In this document: in pieces, positions 55,245 to 64,000 of the stretch | Numbering within the stretch: the first letter of the stretch is position 1 | Layout: each line of letters opens with the position of its first letter | Virus record (IMG/VR): IMGVR_UViG_3300050821_024084 | Coordinates: 1-64,000 of that record | DNA length: 64,000 nucleotides | Reading direction: 5' to 3' (one strand) | Source of the DNA: a virus | Made by a program: the position numbers and the translations under genes | Notes under the pieces: model-generated | What the model was told of the DNA's origin: nothing | What the model saw: the letters and a program-made list of their open reading frames with translations, nothing else | Databases searched by the model: none

Positions 55245-56529
55245 AGTAGCAGATCGCGTTATCAAGGAAAAGCTCGAAGGCTATACCCTAGGTGAGCAGG
55301 ACTATGACGTCCTGGTGCGCGGGAAGGCGCTCGTGCGGATGCCGGACGGACGTCCGCTGCTGTGCTATCTGCCGGGCGTCCTGAAAGAGACCCAGGAGCG
55401 CGAGGGCGTCTACGATATTCTGCATCCGCTGTACACGCACATGACCAACAACCGGGGCGCGGCCAGCGGGACGCGGAGGATCGTCCGGGGGTCCGGCGAG
55501 AAGACCGGCAAGCGCAGCGATGCGATGTCGGTGGCCTCGCCGTTCATCGGGGCGGCAGATCCCGGCGGGATCTACCGGTACTGCCGTCTGACAGAATGGA
55601 CTGGCAGTCATCTCCCGCAGTGGGAGGCACTGCATCCGTATCTCCGGGAGATCGCGCATCACTTCGAGCAGCAGATCCCGGATCGGCATGCCGTCCAGAT
55701 GGAGTACGTGCAGCGCACCGACCACGCCTGGGTCGTGCCGGGAACGCCGTTCACCACTATCACCGTCAACAACTCGTTCGCGACGGGCGTGCACAAGGAC
55801 GCCGGGGATCTGGAGACGGGGTTCTCCGCGCTGTCCTGCCTGCGTCAGGGCGACTACGAGGGCGGCGTCCTGGTGTTTCCCGCGTATCGCATCGGGGTAG
55901 ACATGCAGGACGGGGATCTGCTGCTGATGGACGCGCATCAGTGGCACGGCAACACCCGCATGATGTGCGGCTGCGGGGAGCCTATCCAGCGGCGGTTCTG
56001 CGAGACGTGCGGGGCTGAGCGGATCAGCGTGGTGTGCTATTACCGGACTAAGATAGCCGACTGCGGCACCCCGGAAGAGGAACTGGAACGCGCCGTGACG
56101 GACACGGAGCGCCGGTCAGGACTAGGAGACGAGCTTGATGAGCGGGACACGAACTCAGACCCTGCAAGTGGACTCCCGGGCGCTCCAGCGGTACGTGCAG
56201 GGGATGACCTACCAGCAGATAGCGGACGCGGAGCAGTGCTCCGAGCAGACAGCTCACATCCGGGTCCGCCGGGCGATCCGGAACCAGTACCGGCTGGAAG
56301 CCGACGAGCTCCGCGTCGTCGCGGACGAGCAGCTCAGCTTCCTGACCCGGCAGCTGACCGCGCTGATCCACAAGAAGTCCTACAAGATAGCGCCCAACGG
56401 GAAGATCGCCGTTCACCCGGAGACCGGGGAGCCGCTGGAGGACTACAGCGAGCAGCGGATGACCGCGCTGGCGCTGCTCAAGGTGGGCGAGTCCCGGCGC
56501 AAGCTGCTCGGACTCGACCAGCCAGTTAA
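55219..56529 (+). CDS. TET/JBP-family 2OG-Fe(II) dioxygenase
   Basis: NRG.ASG, YCRLT, PFTTITVN..F.T.VHKDAGD, GDLLLMDAH.WHGNT, RISVVCYYR. The C-terminal ~130 codons overlap terS and may be non-functional. Confidence 0.85.
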   Translation: MIRLRLATRVADRVIKEKLEGYTLGEQDYDVLVRGKALVRMPDGRPLLCYLPGVLKETQEREGVYDILHPLYTHMTNNRGAASGTRRIVRGSGEKTGKRSDAMSVASPFIGAADPGGIYRYCRLTEWTGSHLPQWEALHPYLREIAHHFEQQIPDRHAVQMEYVQRTDHAWVVPGTPFTTITVNNSFATGVHKDAGDLETGFSALSCLRQGDYEGGVLVFPAYRIGVDMQDGDLLLMDAHQWHGNTRMMCGCGEPIQRRFCETCGAERISVVCYYRTKIADCGTPEEELERAVTDTERRSGLGDELDERDTNSDPASGLPGAPAVRAGDDLPADSGRGAVLRADSSHPGPPGDPEPVPAGSRRAPRRRGRAAQLPDPAADRADPQEVLQDSAQREDRRSPGDRGAAGGLQRAADDRAGAAQGGRVPAQAARTRPAS

Positions 56530-56662
56530 GCACCGGGTGGAGATCACCGACAAGATGGACTCCGAGATCGAGCGCCTGGCGCAGGATCTCGCTGCGAACG
56601 GCGCAGGCGAGCCGGTGCTGCCGGAGCTACCTGCCGGGGTGACGTCCGGTGACGGAGACTGA
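56138..56662 (+). CDS. terS: Terminase small subunit
   Basis: HTH GMTYQQIA, RRKLLGLDQP; directly upstream of terL. Confidence 0.75.
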   Translation: MSGTRTQTLQVDSRALQRYVQGMTYQQIADAEQCSEQTAHIRVRRAIRNQYRLEADELRVVADEQLSFLTRQLTALIHKKSYKIAPNGKIAVHPETGEPLEDYSEQRMTALALLKVGESRRKLLGLDQPVKHRVEITDKMDSEIERLAQDLAANGAGEPVLPELPAGVTSGDGD

Positions 56663-59390
56663 CGAGCCTCCGGAGCTCCCCCCTAACTGGCGGGATCTCG
56701 GTCCTGATGCCAAGCGCGTGCTGCTGCACAAGCTGCGCGGCATGGCGGTCAGCAAAGGACTGGGCGGACCTCGTGAGTGGCGGTCGAAAGCGCGGCCCAA
56801 GCAGCTGCCCCCGAGTGACCCAGCACATCATCTGCCGGACGGTAACGGGTTCAGATGCGGATGTTCCGGTCCTGATGAGAACTGGAATATCTGGATGTTC
56901 ATGGCCGGCCGGGGGTGTGTTGCCGGGCATACGCGCATCTGGCTACCGCTGGAGAACCGGTTCGAGCGGATCGATACGCTAGTCCGTCAGGGAGAGGCCG
57001 TCATTGTCCTCTCCCTGACGGAGAATGGCGCAGAACCACGTCAGACTGACGGGGCTCCTTTCATCGGGGGCGTGGCAGAGCTGTATGATGTGCTGACTTC
57101 GGACGGCAACCGCATCACGGTGACTGACCGGCATCGTTTCCTGACTCCGCAAGGATGGCTGCCACTCGCTCGCGTGCACGTCGGACAGCTTCTTGCCGGA
57201 GGCGCTCCCGCTCCTCCGCAGGAAGCTTCTTCACACCGGTCAGGGTGGCGTGAAGATGCTCGGAATTGGCGGGGAACACGCGAAGATTCTCCGGACGATT
57301 ATCCGAGGTATCCCCGTTCACATGATCAACTACCTCGTCAGGGGACAGGCAGCGTCCTAGCACCTGCTCCATCACGAGTCGATGCTGCCGGACATACCCG
57401 AGATTATTCATGTGAGGATGATTTCTCATCTTCACGAGAATGTAACCGTCCTCGTCGACTGCATAGCCTCCCTTCCAGAAGTAGTTATGCTCGGGACGCG
57501 CTTTCGCCTCTAGACACGGAAGTCCGAGTTCTATCAGGCGTGAGCGAACTGTCTCTGCGTTACAGCCGAGGATGGCTGCCATTTCCGTGCATGTCATCTG
57601 CTGGGCATGCAAGTCGCGGAGCTTATCAGTGTCTACAGGCATGCGACTGCCCTGAGACATGCGCTTGCGCGACAGGTCAGAAGCCCTATGCCCTCGCAGC
57701 TGCACCCCGGCACGTTGCAGAGCGCGTCCTACGGTCTGATAACTTGTTCCGGTTGTCTGAGCAAGGTCTTTCAGCGGCTCTCCTTCCTGATAGCGCCGGA
57801 TCAGGTCCGGAAGAAGATCTGACGGTATCTTGGAGTACTCTCGGCTCGGCATGTGAGCATGGTATCACGTGGACGAGAGTACGGTCGGTCCGGTCTGCGG
57901 GAACAGGATGGTTTTATGACCTGACTGTCCCTGGTGCAGAGAATTATGCGGCGGAAGGTCTCTGGCATCACAATTGCGGAAAAACCTGGTCGGGCGCTAA
58001 CTGGATAATTGAACAGGCGCTCCGGAACCCGGGAACGATGTGGGCGGTCGTTGCCCCGACATTCCGGGATGTCCGGGTCACGTGCTTCGAAGGCCCCTCC
58101 GGGATTCGACGTCTTCTTCAGCCTGGTGAGGAAGATCAATGGCGCAGGAATGAGCTGCGCCTGGATCTGGTGAATGGCTCCGTTATTTACGGGTATTCGG
58201 CTGACCAGCCGGAACGATTGCGCGGATCTAACCTTTCCGGGGCGTGGGTAGATGAAATGGGGAGTTTTGCGTATGAGGAAACCTGGTATGAGGGACTAGT
58301 CCCTGCGCTACGTATCGGGGAACATCCCCGTGTCATGGTCACCACGACTCCGCGCCCGACGAAGCTCATCCGGGATCTGTACTCGCGTCGCGACGGCACC
58401 GTTCACACCACCACGGCCTCCACCTGGGAGAATGCGGCCAACCTGTCGGCTGCCGCCCTCGATGAGCTCAAGCGCCGGTACGAAGGCACCCGGCTGGGCC
58501 GTCAGGAGCTTGAAGGCGTCCTCCTGGAGGATCTGGAAGGCGCGCTGTGGCGGCGCAGCGATATCGACGCTGCGCGAGTCAGGCCGGAGGACGTGCCAGA
58601 TCTGGCCCGCGTGGTGGTGGCGATCGACCCGGCGATGAGCGCCGACGAGGATGCTGACGAGACGGGCATCATCGTGTCCGGGGAAGACGGGCGCGGCCAC
58701 GGGTACGTCCTGGCGGACTGGTCGATGCAGGGCACGCCCGAGGCATGCATGCGGCGGGCTGTCCAGGCGTACAAGCACTACAACGCGGACTGCGTCGTGG
58801 CTGAGGTCAACAACGGCGGTGACTTTATCGGCACGGTGCTGCGCACCGTCGATCCGAATCTGCCCTACCATCAGGTGCGGGCCTCGCGCGGGAAGGCGAT
58901 CCGGGCAGAGCCTGTGTCGTCACTGGCGGAGCAGCACCGGCTGCATCACGTGGGGAACTTCCCGGAGCTGGAAGATCAGCTCTGCTCATTCGTCCCGGGA
59001 ATCGCCGGGCCGTCCCCGGACCGGCTTGACGCGCTGGTCTGGTCAGTATTCGAGCTGAAGAGCTTGTCGCAGTCCAGCTGGCTCTCCGCGTACGGAGCCA
59101 TCCGCTGCACGCAATGCGAGATGGCGTTCCGGGGCTCGGCGACGTGCCCGCGCTGCGGAGCAGATGCACCTGCATCGCCTGACGGGGGAAGCTTCTCCCC
59201 GGAGGGGGCGGGGGAGGATCGCAGCATGGGCGGCTGGGCCTCGGTGTACCGGCTGGCCAGGTGCAGCAAGGGACACGTGTACTCTGAGCGGTCCGGTGGC
59301 TGCCCGCAGTGCCGGTCCGGCGGCCTGGACTGGCTGCGCGCGCACGGCAAGCCCGGTGGACAGGCAGGTTCCGGGGCGGTAAGCTCGTAG
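56649..59390 (+). CDS. terL: Terminase large subunit with intein in Walker A
   Basis: AGRG|intein|CGKT, VVAPT, RLRG, AWVDE, TTTP, GRQEL, VVAIDP, EVNNGG, RGKAIRAEP, SPDRLDALVW. Confidence 0.95.
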   Translation: MTETDEPPELPPNWRDLGPDAKRVLLHKLRGMAVSKGLGGPREWRSKARPKQLPPSDPAHHLPDGNGFRCGCSGPDENWNIWMFMAGRGCVAGHTRIWLPLENRFERIDTLVRQGEAVIVLSLTENGAEPRQTDGAPFIGGVAELYDVLTSDGNRITVTDRHRFLTPQGWLPLARVHVGQLLAGGAPAPPQEASSHRSGWREDARNWRGTREDSPDDYPRYPRSHDQLPRQGTGSVLAPAPSRVDAAGHTRDYSCEDDFSSSRECNRPRRLHSLPSRSSYARDALSPLDTEVRVLSGVSELSLRYSRGWLPFPCMSSAGHASRGAYQCLQACDCPETCACATGQKPYALAAAPRHVAERVLRSDNLFRLSEQGLSAALLPDSAGSGPEEDLTVSWSTLGSACEHGITWTRVRSVRSAGTGWFYDLTVPGAENYAAEGLWHHNCGKTWSGANWIIEQALRNPGTMWAVVAPTFRDVRVTCFEGPSGIRRLLQPGEEDQWRRNELRLDLVNGSVIYGYSADQPERLRGSNLSGAWVDEMGSFAYEETWYEGLVPALRIGEHPRVMVTTTPRPTKLIRDLYSRRDGTVHTTTASTWENAANLSAAALDELKRRYEGTRLGRQELEGVLLEDLEGALWRRSDIDAARVRPEDVPDLARVVVAIDPAMSADEDADETGIIVSGEDGRGHGYVLADWSMQGTPEACMRRAVQAYKHYNADCVVAEVNNGGDFIGTVLRTVDPNLPYHQVRASRGKAIRAEPVSSLAEQHRLHHVGNFPELEDQLCSFVPGIAGPSPDRLDALVWSVFELKSLSQSSWLSAYGAIRCTQCEMAFRGSATCPRCGADAPASPDGGSFSPEGAGEDRSMGGWASVYRLARCSKGHVYSERSGGCPQCRSGGLDWLRAHGKPGGQAGSGAVSS
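56916..57974 (+). mobile_element. Intein (353 aa) in terL
   Basis: Starts CVAGHTRI, block B ITVTDRHRFLT, ends YDLTVPGAENYAAEGLWHHN followed by +1 Cys. Confidence 0.92.
57115..57852 (-). CDS. HNH homing endonuclease encoded antisense within the terL intein
   Basis: Two HTH repeats, NYFWKGG...GYILV...HP...GYVRQHRLVME..LGR.L...EVVDHVNGD.SDNRPENL. Confidence 0.88.
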   Translation of the reverse strand: MPSREYSKIPSDLLPDLIRRYQEGEPLKDLAQTTGTSYQTVGRALQRAGVQLRGHRASDLSRKRMSQGSRMPVDTDKLRDLHAQQMTCTEMAAILGCNAETVRSRLIELGLPCLEAKARPEHNYFWKGGYAVDEDGYILVKMRNHPHMNNLGYVRQHRLVMEQVLGRCLSPDEVVDHVNGDTSDNRPENLRVFPANSEHLHATLTGVKKLPAEERERLRQEAVRRARERVAAILAESGNDAGQSP

Positions 59391-59391
59391 C

Positions 59392-59634
59392 ATGCCGCTT
59401 CACTTCACTCCGCAGGACCGGGCCGATGCCCTGGATCTGTTCATGAAAGGCAAGGCATGCGAGCACTGCGGCGGCGTGCATCAGCGTGCCTGCCCGCGCG
59501 TCCGTGAGCTGGAATGGAACGACAAAGGCCAGATCCGGCGCGTGGTGTACTGGGCCGACGCGGAGTGGCAAGGGGCGCGGGAGTTCATCACCTGGCCGGA
59601 AGACTGCTACGAGGAGGACGAAGACGATGAGTGA
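59392..59634 (+). CDS. Small hypothetical protein
   Basis: CEHCGGVH..ACPRV; 80 aa. Confidence 0.6.
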   Translation: MPLHFTPQDRADALDLFMKGKACEHCGGVHQRACPRVRELEWNDKGQIRRVVYWADAEWQGAREFITWPEDCYEEDEDDE

Positions 59635-59790
59635 CGACGCGCCCGTGTTCCCCCCGATGATGCAGGCTGCCGTCGCGATCCATGAAGCGTTCCTGGCGTA
59701 CGTGGAGGCCGGGTTCACGCGTGATGAGGCGCTGAGGATTGTCGTCACGCAGATGAGCTGGTTCAGGCCGCCGCTCCAGCCGGAGCCAGA

Positions 59791-60123
59791 ATGACCAGCG
59801 CGGGAGGCGCGGTCACGATGTCCCGGCTGTCGCTCCAGTACGTGTCCGTCCCGGTGCAGGCGTACAAGGGGGGCACGGTCTACAATCCCACGAATGACGT
59901 GGTGGAATTCGCCTTCGTACAGAATTACGGGACGGTGCCGTCCAGCTGGGCGGCGGGCAGCTGGGTATCGCAGCTGAATTACACGTATCCGTATGCGGCT
60001 CAGTGCCTGGTGGGGCCAGGCGGGGCGACGGCACCGACCACGGGGGTTTACAACATCTGGGTGCAGATCCAGGACGATCCGGAAGTCCCGGTGTTCATCG
60101 CCGGTCAATTGCAGATCATATGA
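59791..60123 (+). CDS. Hypothetical (probable virion) protein
   Basis: CLVGPGG...GVYNIWVQIQDDPEVPV. Confidence 0.6.
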   Translation: MTSAGGAVTMSRLSLQYVSVPVQAYKGGTVYNPTNDVVEFAFVQNYGTVPSSWAAGSWVSQLNYTYPYAAQCLVGPGGATAPTTGVYNIWVQIQDDPEVPVFIAGQLQII

Positions 60124-60139
60124 CGGGAAGGGGGCGGGA

Positions 60140-63100
60140 ATGGCGCGTCGCTCCACGCTGATGGCCGCGAAGTACATGCCGGGCGCGGCGTCCCCGACCT
60201 CCGCCCCGCAGAATGCGGGGGCTCCGTACTACGGGCTCGTGTCACCGCTGGCACAGCAGCTCGCGAATGAGCGGGGCTATTCTAATTCCTACGGGCCGTT
60301 CCTGCCGAGGCCCGCGCAGACATTTACTGAGGGCGCATTCGGGCCGTTCAGCCCGATTCTCCCGGTCCCGGTAGATGCGCCTCCCGTCGAAGACGGGCTG
60401 CCGGATCCCCGGCTGTTCGAGTACCAGGTCGGGTGGAACCTGCCGGTCGGGCAGCCGGGGACCGAGGGTCTCAAGCTAGTGGATTTCGCTACGCTGCGCA
60501 CGCTGGGGGATCTGTACTCGGTCGCGCGGGCGTGCATCGAGAAACGCAAGAACGAGATCACCGGCCTGGACTGGGATATCGTGCCGACGCACGAGGCGTC
60601 CAAGGCGTACCAGGGCGACCGGAAGGCCAACCGGGATCTGGGCGAGCGCATCGCCAAGGCGAAGAAGTTCTTCCGGCAGCCGGACCCGGACTACTTCTCG
60701 TTCGGGGAATTCCTCACTGCCGTGCTGGAGATGGTGTTCGTCTACGACGCGCTGTCTATCGTGCTGCGGCCTAAGCGCGGTAAGGGGATGGGCAAAGGGC
60801 TGCTCGGGTCGGATCTGGACTGCCTGGAGCTAGTTGACGGAGCCACTATTCGCCCGCTTTTGGGAATGCACGGAGAAATTCCGAGGCCGCCCTGCTATAG
60901 CGAGGACACGGAAATTCTCACCCGGGGCGGCTGGAAGCTGTTCAGCGATCTCAAGGGAACAGAAGAAGTTGCTACCCGCTCGAAAGACGGTGTGTTTGAG
61001 TGGCAGCGGCCCACGCATTACGTGAATGAGGCGTACACCGGTCCGATGGTGCAATTCTCCGGTCGCACTATTGACTGCCTGGTAACCCCTGATCACCGGA
61101 TGCTCACGACTGTAGGTCCTGACGGCTGGTCCGAGGCTAGCCGGGTGCGAGACAGTAAAGGACGGATCTGCGGTCATGCAGACGGTAAGGACGGGACTCA
61201 GCGGGAATGGATCACATCGGCGCAGCGTCTCCTGGAAAGAAAGCAGGCAGGCGCAAAAAAGGATGACCGGCTGGTAGCTGTCAGCTCGTGGCACGGGCGC
61301 GAGCTGCGGAGTGCCACGTTTACCGTCACGGGCCAGGTGTTTCGGTGGGACGATGGTGATGTGCATCGTGCAGAGGGACCGGAAATCCCTGCGGATGTGC
61401 GGGATCACTCAGTAGAGATGACGGGTGATCAGTACGCGGCCTTCATGGGCATGTACCTGTCTGAAGGCGGTCTCATCCACGACAGAGAAAAGCACGGCTA
61501 CCGGATTACCATCAGCCAGACCGCGAACGGAAAGGGAATCGCGGAGTACGGACAGCTTATCCAGGAGCTATTCGGTGATCTTCGGCGAGGCTCTGGCGGG
61601 TGGAATATCTGGAGGAAGGCGCTGTGGCGGTACTGCCATCAGTTCGGATACGCACCGGATAAGTTCGCGCCACCCGAAGTGCTTGATATGTCGCGGCGTC
61701 AGCTCAAGATATTCTGGAGGTACTACTGGCTAGGCGACGGGCATACGGAGCACACACAGGAGCAGGAAGTCGTGGCGACCTCCAGCTGTCTGATGGCGGG
61801 CGCGTTCCAGGAAATCATCCAGAAACTCGGGTACTCATCATCTGCTCGCCCTAGTGGTGATGGCTATTATCGCTTGCGTACACGGAAGACTGCCTATCCC
61901 GGGTATAACGCTAAGCAGGCTGATTACTCGGGGCGTGTTTACTGCGTGACGGTGCCGAATGGTATTGTTTATGTCCGGAGGAATGGCCGGGCGGTGTGGT
62001 CAGGAAATTCGCCCGCCTACCAGCAGTACCTTTACGGCGTGCCGCGCAGCGACTACATGACAATGATCACGCAGCGGGACATTGATGAAGGCGGCCTGGC
62101 CGGATCCGAGATCCAGTCGTTCACGTCGGATCAGCTGCTGTACCTGCGCACTACTCCCCGGCGCTGGACGCCGTATGGCTTCGCTAACCTGGAGCAGTCG
62201 CTCATCCCGGTGCTGACGGGGCTGCAAAAGCAGGCGTATCAGCTTGATTATTTTCGTGAGGGATGCTATTCTCCGGACACTGAGATTCTCACGAAAGATG
62301 GCTGGAAGCTCTTCCCGGACCTGACCTACGACGATGAGCTTGCTACTCGAAGCGAGCAGGGAGACTTCCGCTGGCATCGACCGGAAGCCATTCTTTCGTA
62401 CGACTTCGACGGGGAGCTGCTCGCTTTTCAGAGCAAGGCAGTAGATCAGCTTGTGACACCTGGTCACAGGATGATCGTGCAGCACCTGCCATCCTACGTG
62501 CGTGATCACCCGGCTACTCCGGAACATGGCTGGCACGTGCGGCTCGCGAAATATTTCGCCGAGCATCCAAGCGCCCAGTTCCAGATGCCGGCGACGTCTC
62601 GCTGGACAGGACCCGAGCCGGAGTACCAGGAAATCGACACCTGGCGCAAGGTCAAGCGGCAGTATGGTACGGAGAAGGCCATCACGTGGCTCCGCGAGCA
62701 CCTGGTGCCGGGTGAGTGGGCTCCGTCTGCGCAGGTGCTCAAGTCTGCTCAGGCAGCAGGCGTCGGGAGAAACTCTCTTGAGCGTGCGAAAGACGTGCTC
62801 GGGATACAATCACGACGCGTCGGCAGCACGCGCTCCGGAAGGGGAGTTTCTTTCTGGGAGATGCGTCTTCCTGCTGAAGACCTGGCTGTGCTGGAGCGCG
62901 CAGAGGAAATCCGTACGGGAAGCCGCCGGATCCCGATGAAGGAGTTCTGCGGGCTCCTTGGCCTGTATATCTCAGAGGGCTGGGTGCGATCAGATCGTAA
63001 TGATGTACTCATTGCCCAGCATGCGGATAATCCGCGTATCGAGCGTATTCGCGAGATACTGGACAGTACCGGGCTGCACTGGAGCTATCAGGAATCGAAC

Positions 63101-64000
63101 CAGAGATTCGCGGTGTGCAGCAAGGACCTCGCGCGCTGGCTTCGGGATAACTGCCCGGGACGGGCATGGGAGAAGCGCATTCCGGTTCGGTTCAAGAACC
63201 TCGGCCCGGAATGCCTCGCCGCTCTGATGGAGGGTCTGACACTCGGAGATGCGCATCTCGGCCCAGCTGGTCAGCGTTACTACACAACGACAAGCCCTGG
63301 TCTTGCAGACGATGTGCAGGAGATTTTCCAGAAGCTCGGGTGTGATGCCTGGATTCGCCAGACGAAGATGGAGAAGTATTTTTCTGGTGAATACGGTGAG
63401 ACTCCGTATGGCGGTCACGCGCGACGGCAGATGTATGTCGTCCGGGAACGGATGCAGGATGCTCATATGGTTCCTGCGCCTGTGCCTGTTTCGTACACCG
63501 GAAAAGTCTGGTGCGTGACTGTCCCCGGTGGGGTGGTCTATGTCCGGCGGAATGGTCGCGCTATCTGGTGCGGGAATACTATCCCCGGCATCTATATCAG
63601 CCCCGGGGACCCCAACATGACCCCGAATCAGATCCGGGAACTGCAAGACGCCCTGAACGCGATTGCCGGGGACCCCGCCTGGCATCACAAGGTCATCGTG
63701 CTGCCGCCCGGCTCCAAGACCGAGCCGCAGCGCCCGGTGGATCTCGCTGACCAGTTCGACGAGATCCTGATGACTGAAGTCTGCATGAACTTCGACATCA
63801 ACCCGATGGACCTGGGCATCGTCCCCAAGGTCAGCACTGCCGTCTCGCCGTTCGCGGCGCGTGAGATGGCGCAGGCATCCAAGACGGTGCACGAGCGGAC
63901 CGCGACCAAGCCGCTGCTGAAGTTCCTCTGCAACATCTTCGACTCCATCCTGCATCGCGTCTGCGGTCAGGATGATATGAAGTTCACGTTCGAGGGCCTG
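60140..64000 (+). CDS. Portal protein (truncated by the window end) with two inteins
   Basis: ATG 60140. YSVARACIE.R..EI.GLDWDI, YDALS, LELVDGATIRP, AYQQYLYG, QLLYL...PR.WTPYG..LEQ, QLDYFREG, KPLL motifs stay in one frame; follows the terminase. Confidence 0.88.
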   Translation, partial: MARRSTLMAAKYMPGAASPTSAPQNAGAPYYGLVSPLAQQLANERGYSNSYGPFLPRPAQTFTEGAFGPFSPILPVPVDAPPVEDGLPDPRLFEYQVGWNLPVGQPGTEGLKLVDFATLRTLGDLYSVARACIEKRKNEITGLDWDIVPTHEASKAYQGDRKANRDLGERIAKAKKFFRQPDPDYFSFGEFLTAVLEMVFVYDALSIVLRPKRGKGMGKGLLGSDLDCLELVDGATIRPLLGMHGEIPRPPCYSEDTEILTRGGWKLFSDLKGTEEVATRSKDGVFEWQRPTHYVNEAYTGPMVQFSGRTIDCLVTPDHRMLTTVGPDGWSEASRVRDSKGRICGHADGKDGTQREWITSAQRLLERKQAGAKKDDRLVAVSSWHGRELRSATFTVTGQVFRWDDGDVHRAEGPEIPADVRDHSVEMTGDQYAAFMGMYLSEGGLIHDREKHGYRITISQTANGKGIAEYGQLIQELFGDLRRGSGGWNIWRKALWRYCHQFGYAPDKFAPPEVLDMSRRQLKIFWRYYWLGDGHTEHTQEQEVVATSSCLMAGAFQEIIQKLGYSSSARPSGDGYYRLRTRKTAYPGYNAKQADYSGRVYCVTVPNGIVYVRRNGRAVWSGNSPAYQQYLYGVPRSDYMTMITQRDIDEGGLAGSEIQSFTSDQLLYLRTTPRRWTPYGFANLEQSLIPVLTGLQKQAYQLDYFREGCYSPDTEILTKDGWKLFPDLTYDDELATRSEQGDFRWHRPEAILSYDFDGELLAFQSKAVDQLVTPGHRMIVQHLPSYVRDHPATPEHGWHVRLAKYFAEHPSAQFQMPATSRWTGPEPEYQEIDTWRKVKRQYGTEKAITWLREHLVPGEWAPSAQVLKSAQAAGVGRNSLERAKDVLGIQSRRVGSTRSGRGVSFWEMRLPAEDLAVLERAEEIRTGSRRIPMKEFCGLLGLYISEGWVRSDRNDVLIAQHADNPRIERIREILDSTGLHWSYQESNQRFAVCSKDLARWLRDNCPGRAWEKRIPVRFKNLGPECLAALMEGLTLGDAHLGPAGQRYYTTTSPGLADDVQEIFQKLGCDAWIRQTKMEKYFSGEYGETPYGGHARRQMYVVRERMQDAHMVPAPVPVSYTGKVWCVTVPGGVVYVRRNGRAIWCGNTIPGIYISPGDPNMTPNQIRELQDALNAIAGDPAWHHKVIVLPPGSKTEPQRPVDLADQFDEILMTEVCMNFDINPMDLGIVPKVSTAVSPFAAREMAQASKTVHERTATKPLLKFLCNIFDSILHRVCGQDDMKFTFEGL
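60893..62008 (+). mobile_element. Intein 1 in portal (LAGLIDADG, 372 aa)
   Basis: CYSEDTEILT..., VTPDHRM, FMGMYLSEG, YWLGDG, ...VRRNGRAVWSGN followed by +1 Ser. Confidence 0.9.
62264..63577 (+). mobile_element. Intein 2 in portal (LAGLIDADG, 438 aa)
   Basis: CYSPDTEILT..., VTPGHRM, LLGLYISEG, LTLGD, ...VRRNGRAIWCGN followed by +1 Thr. Confidence 0.9.

Noticed and set aside
62990-63955. Long minus-strand ORFs over the portal (also 60830-61408 and 62000-62809) and many similar GC-rich antisense ORFs elsewhere
   Set aside because: These are shadow ORFs opposite well-supported genes and have no recognisable motifs, unlike the antisense HNH in the terL intein.
1-64000. Prophage or integration module
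   Set aside because: No integrase, att site or host housekeeping flank is seen in this window, so lifestyle cannot be determined.

Overview
This window is a 64-kb segment of a high-GC, large dsDNA tailed phage, almost certainly infecting Actinomycetota. The host inference rests on DUF5753, DUF1707, FxsA/FxsB and Pup-like genes, actinobacterial LexA-type boxes and leaderless promoters. The layout is: (i) 1-1950, a RAMP/Cas7-like gene with a coupled accessory gene, directly downstream of a non-coding array of about 10 units. Each unit is a run of 5-nt periods (conserved triplet GGA/GGC plus a variable dinucleotide on the minus strand), and units are separated by a conserved 9-nt delimiter. An orphan unit of the same type lies at about 36.36 kb. 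This candidate RNA-guided system is the headline finding. (ii) 2.1-5.4 kb, a primase-helicase and an iteron/AT-rich origin. (iii) 9.6-33 kb, a long leftward run of small early/accessory genes, including a RiPP precursor with a radical SAM maturase, a Pup-like protein and a GMC oxidoreductase, many separated by a repeated double-hairpin/RBS module. (iv) 33-34.6 kb, a compositionally anomalous, probably terminal or regulatory region with 282 bp free of GA/TC dinucleotides and seven palindromic boxes. (v) 34.6-41.7 kb, accessory genes, several preceded by LexA-like boxes. (vi) 41.8-48 kb, Y-RNA-like tRNA mimics, tRNA-fMet, five tandem paralogs, a vWA protein, a split Ro60/TROVE gene and a PNK-type phosphatase. 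(vii) 50.9-56.1 kb, a TET/JBP-based thymidine hypermodification cluster. (viii) 56.1-64 kb, terminase (the large-subunit intein carries an antisense HNH gene) and a portal gene with two inteins that runs off the window. All family calls come from motif recognition by eye; no database searches were run.
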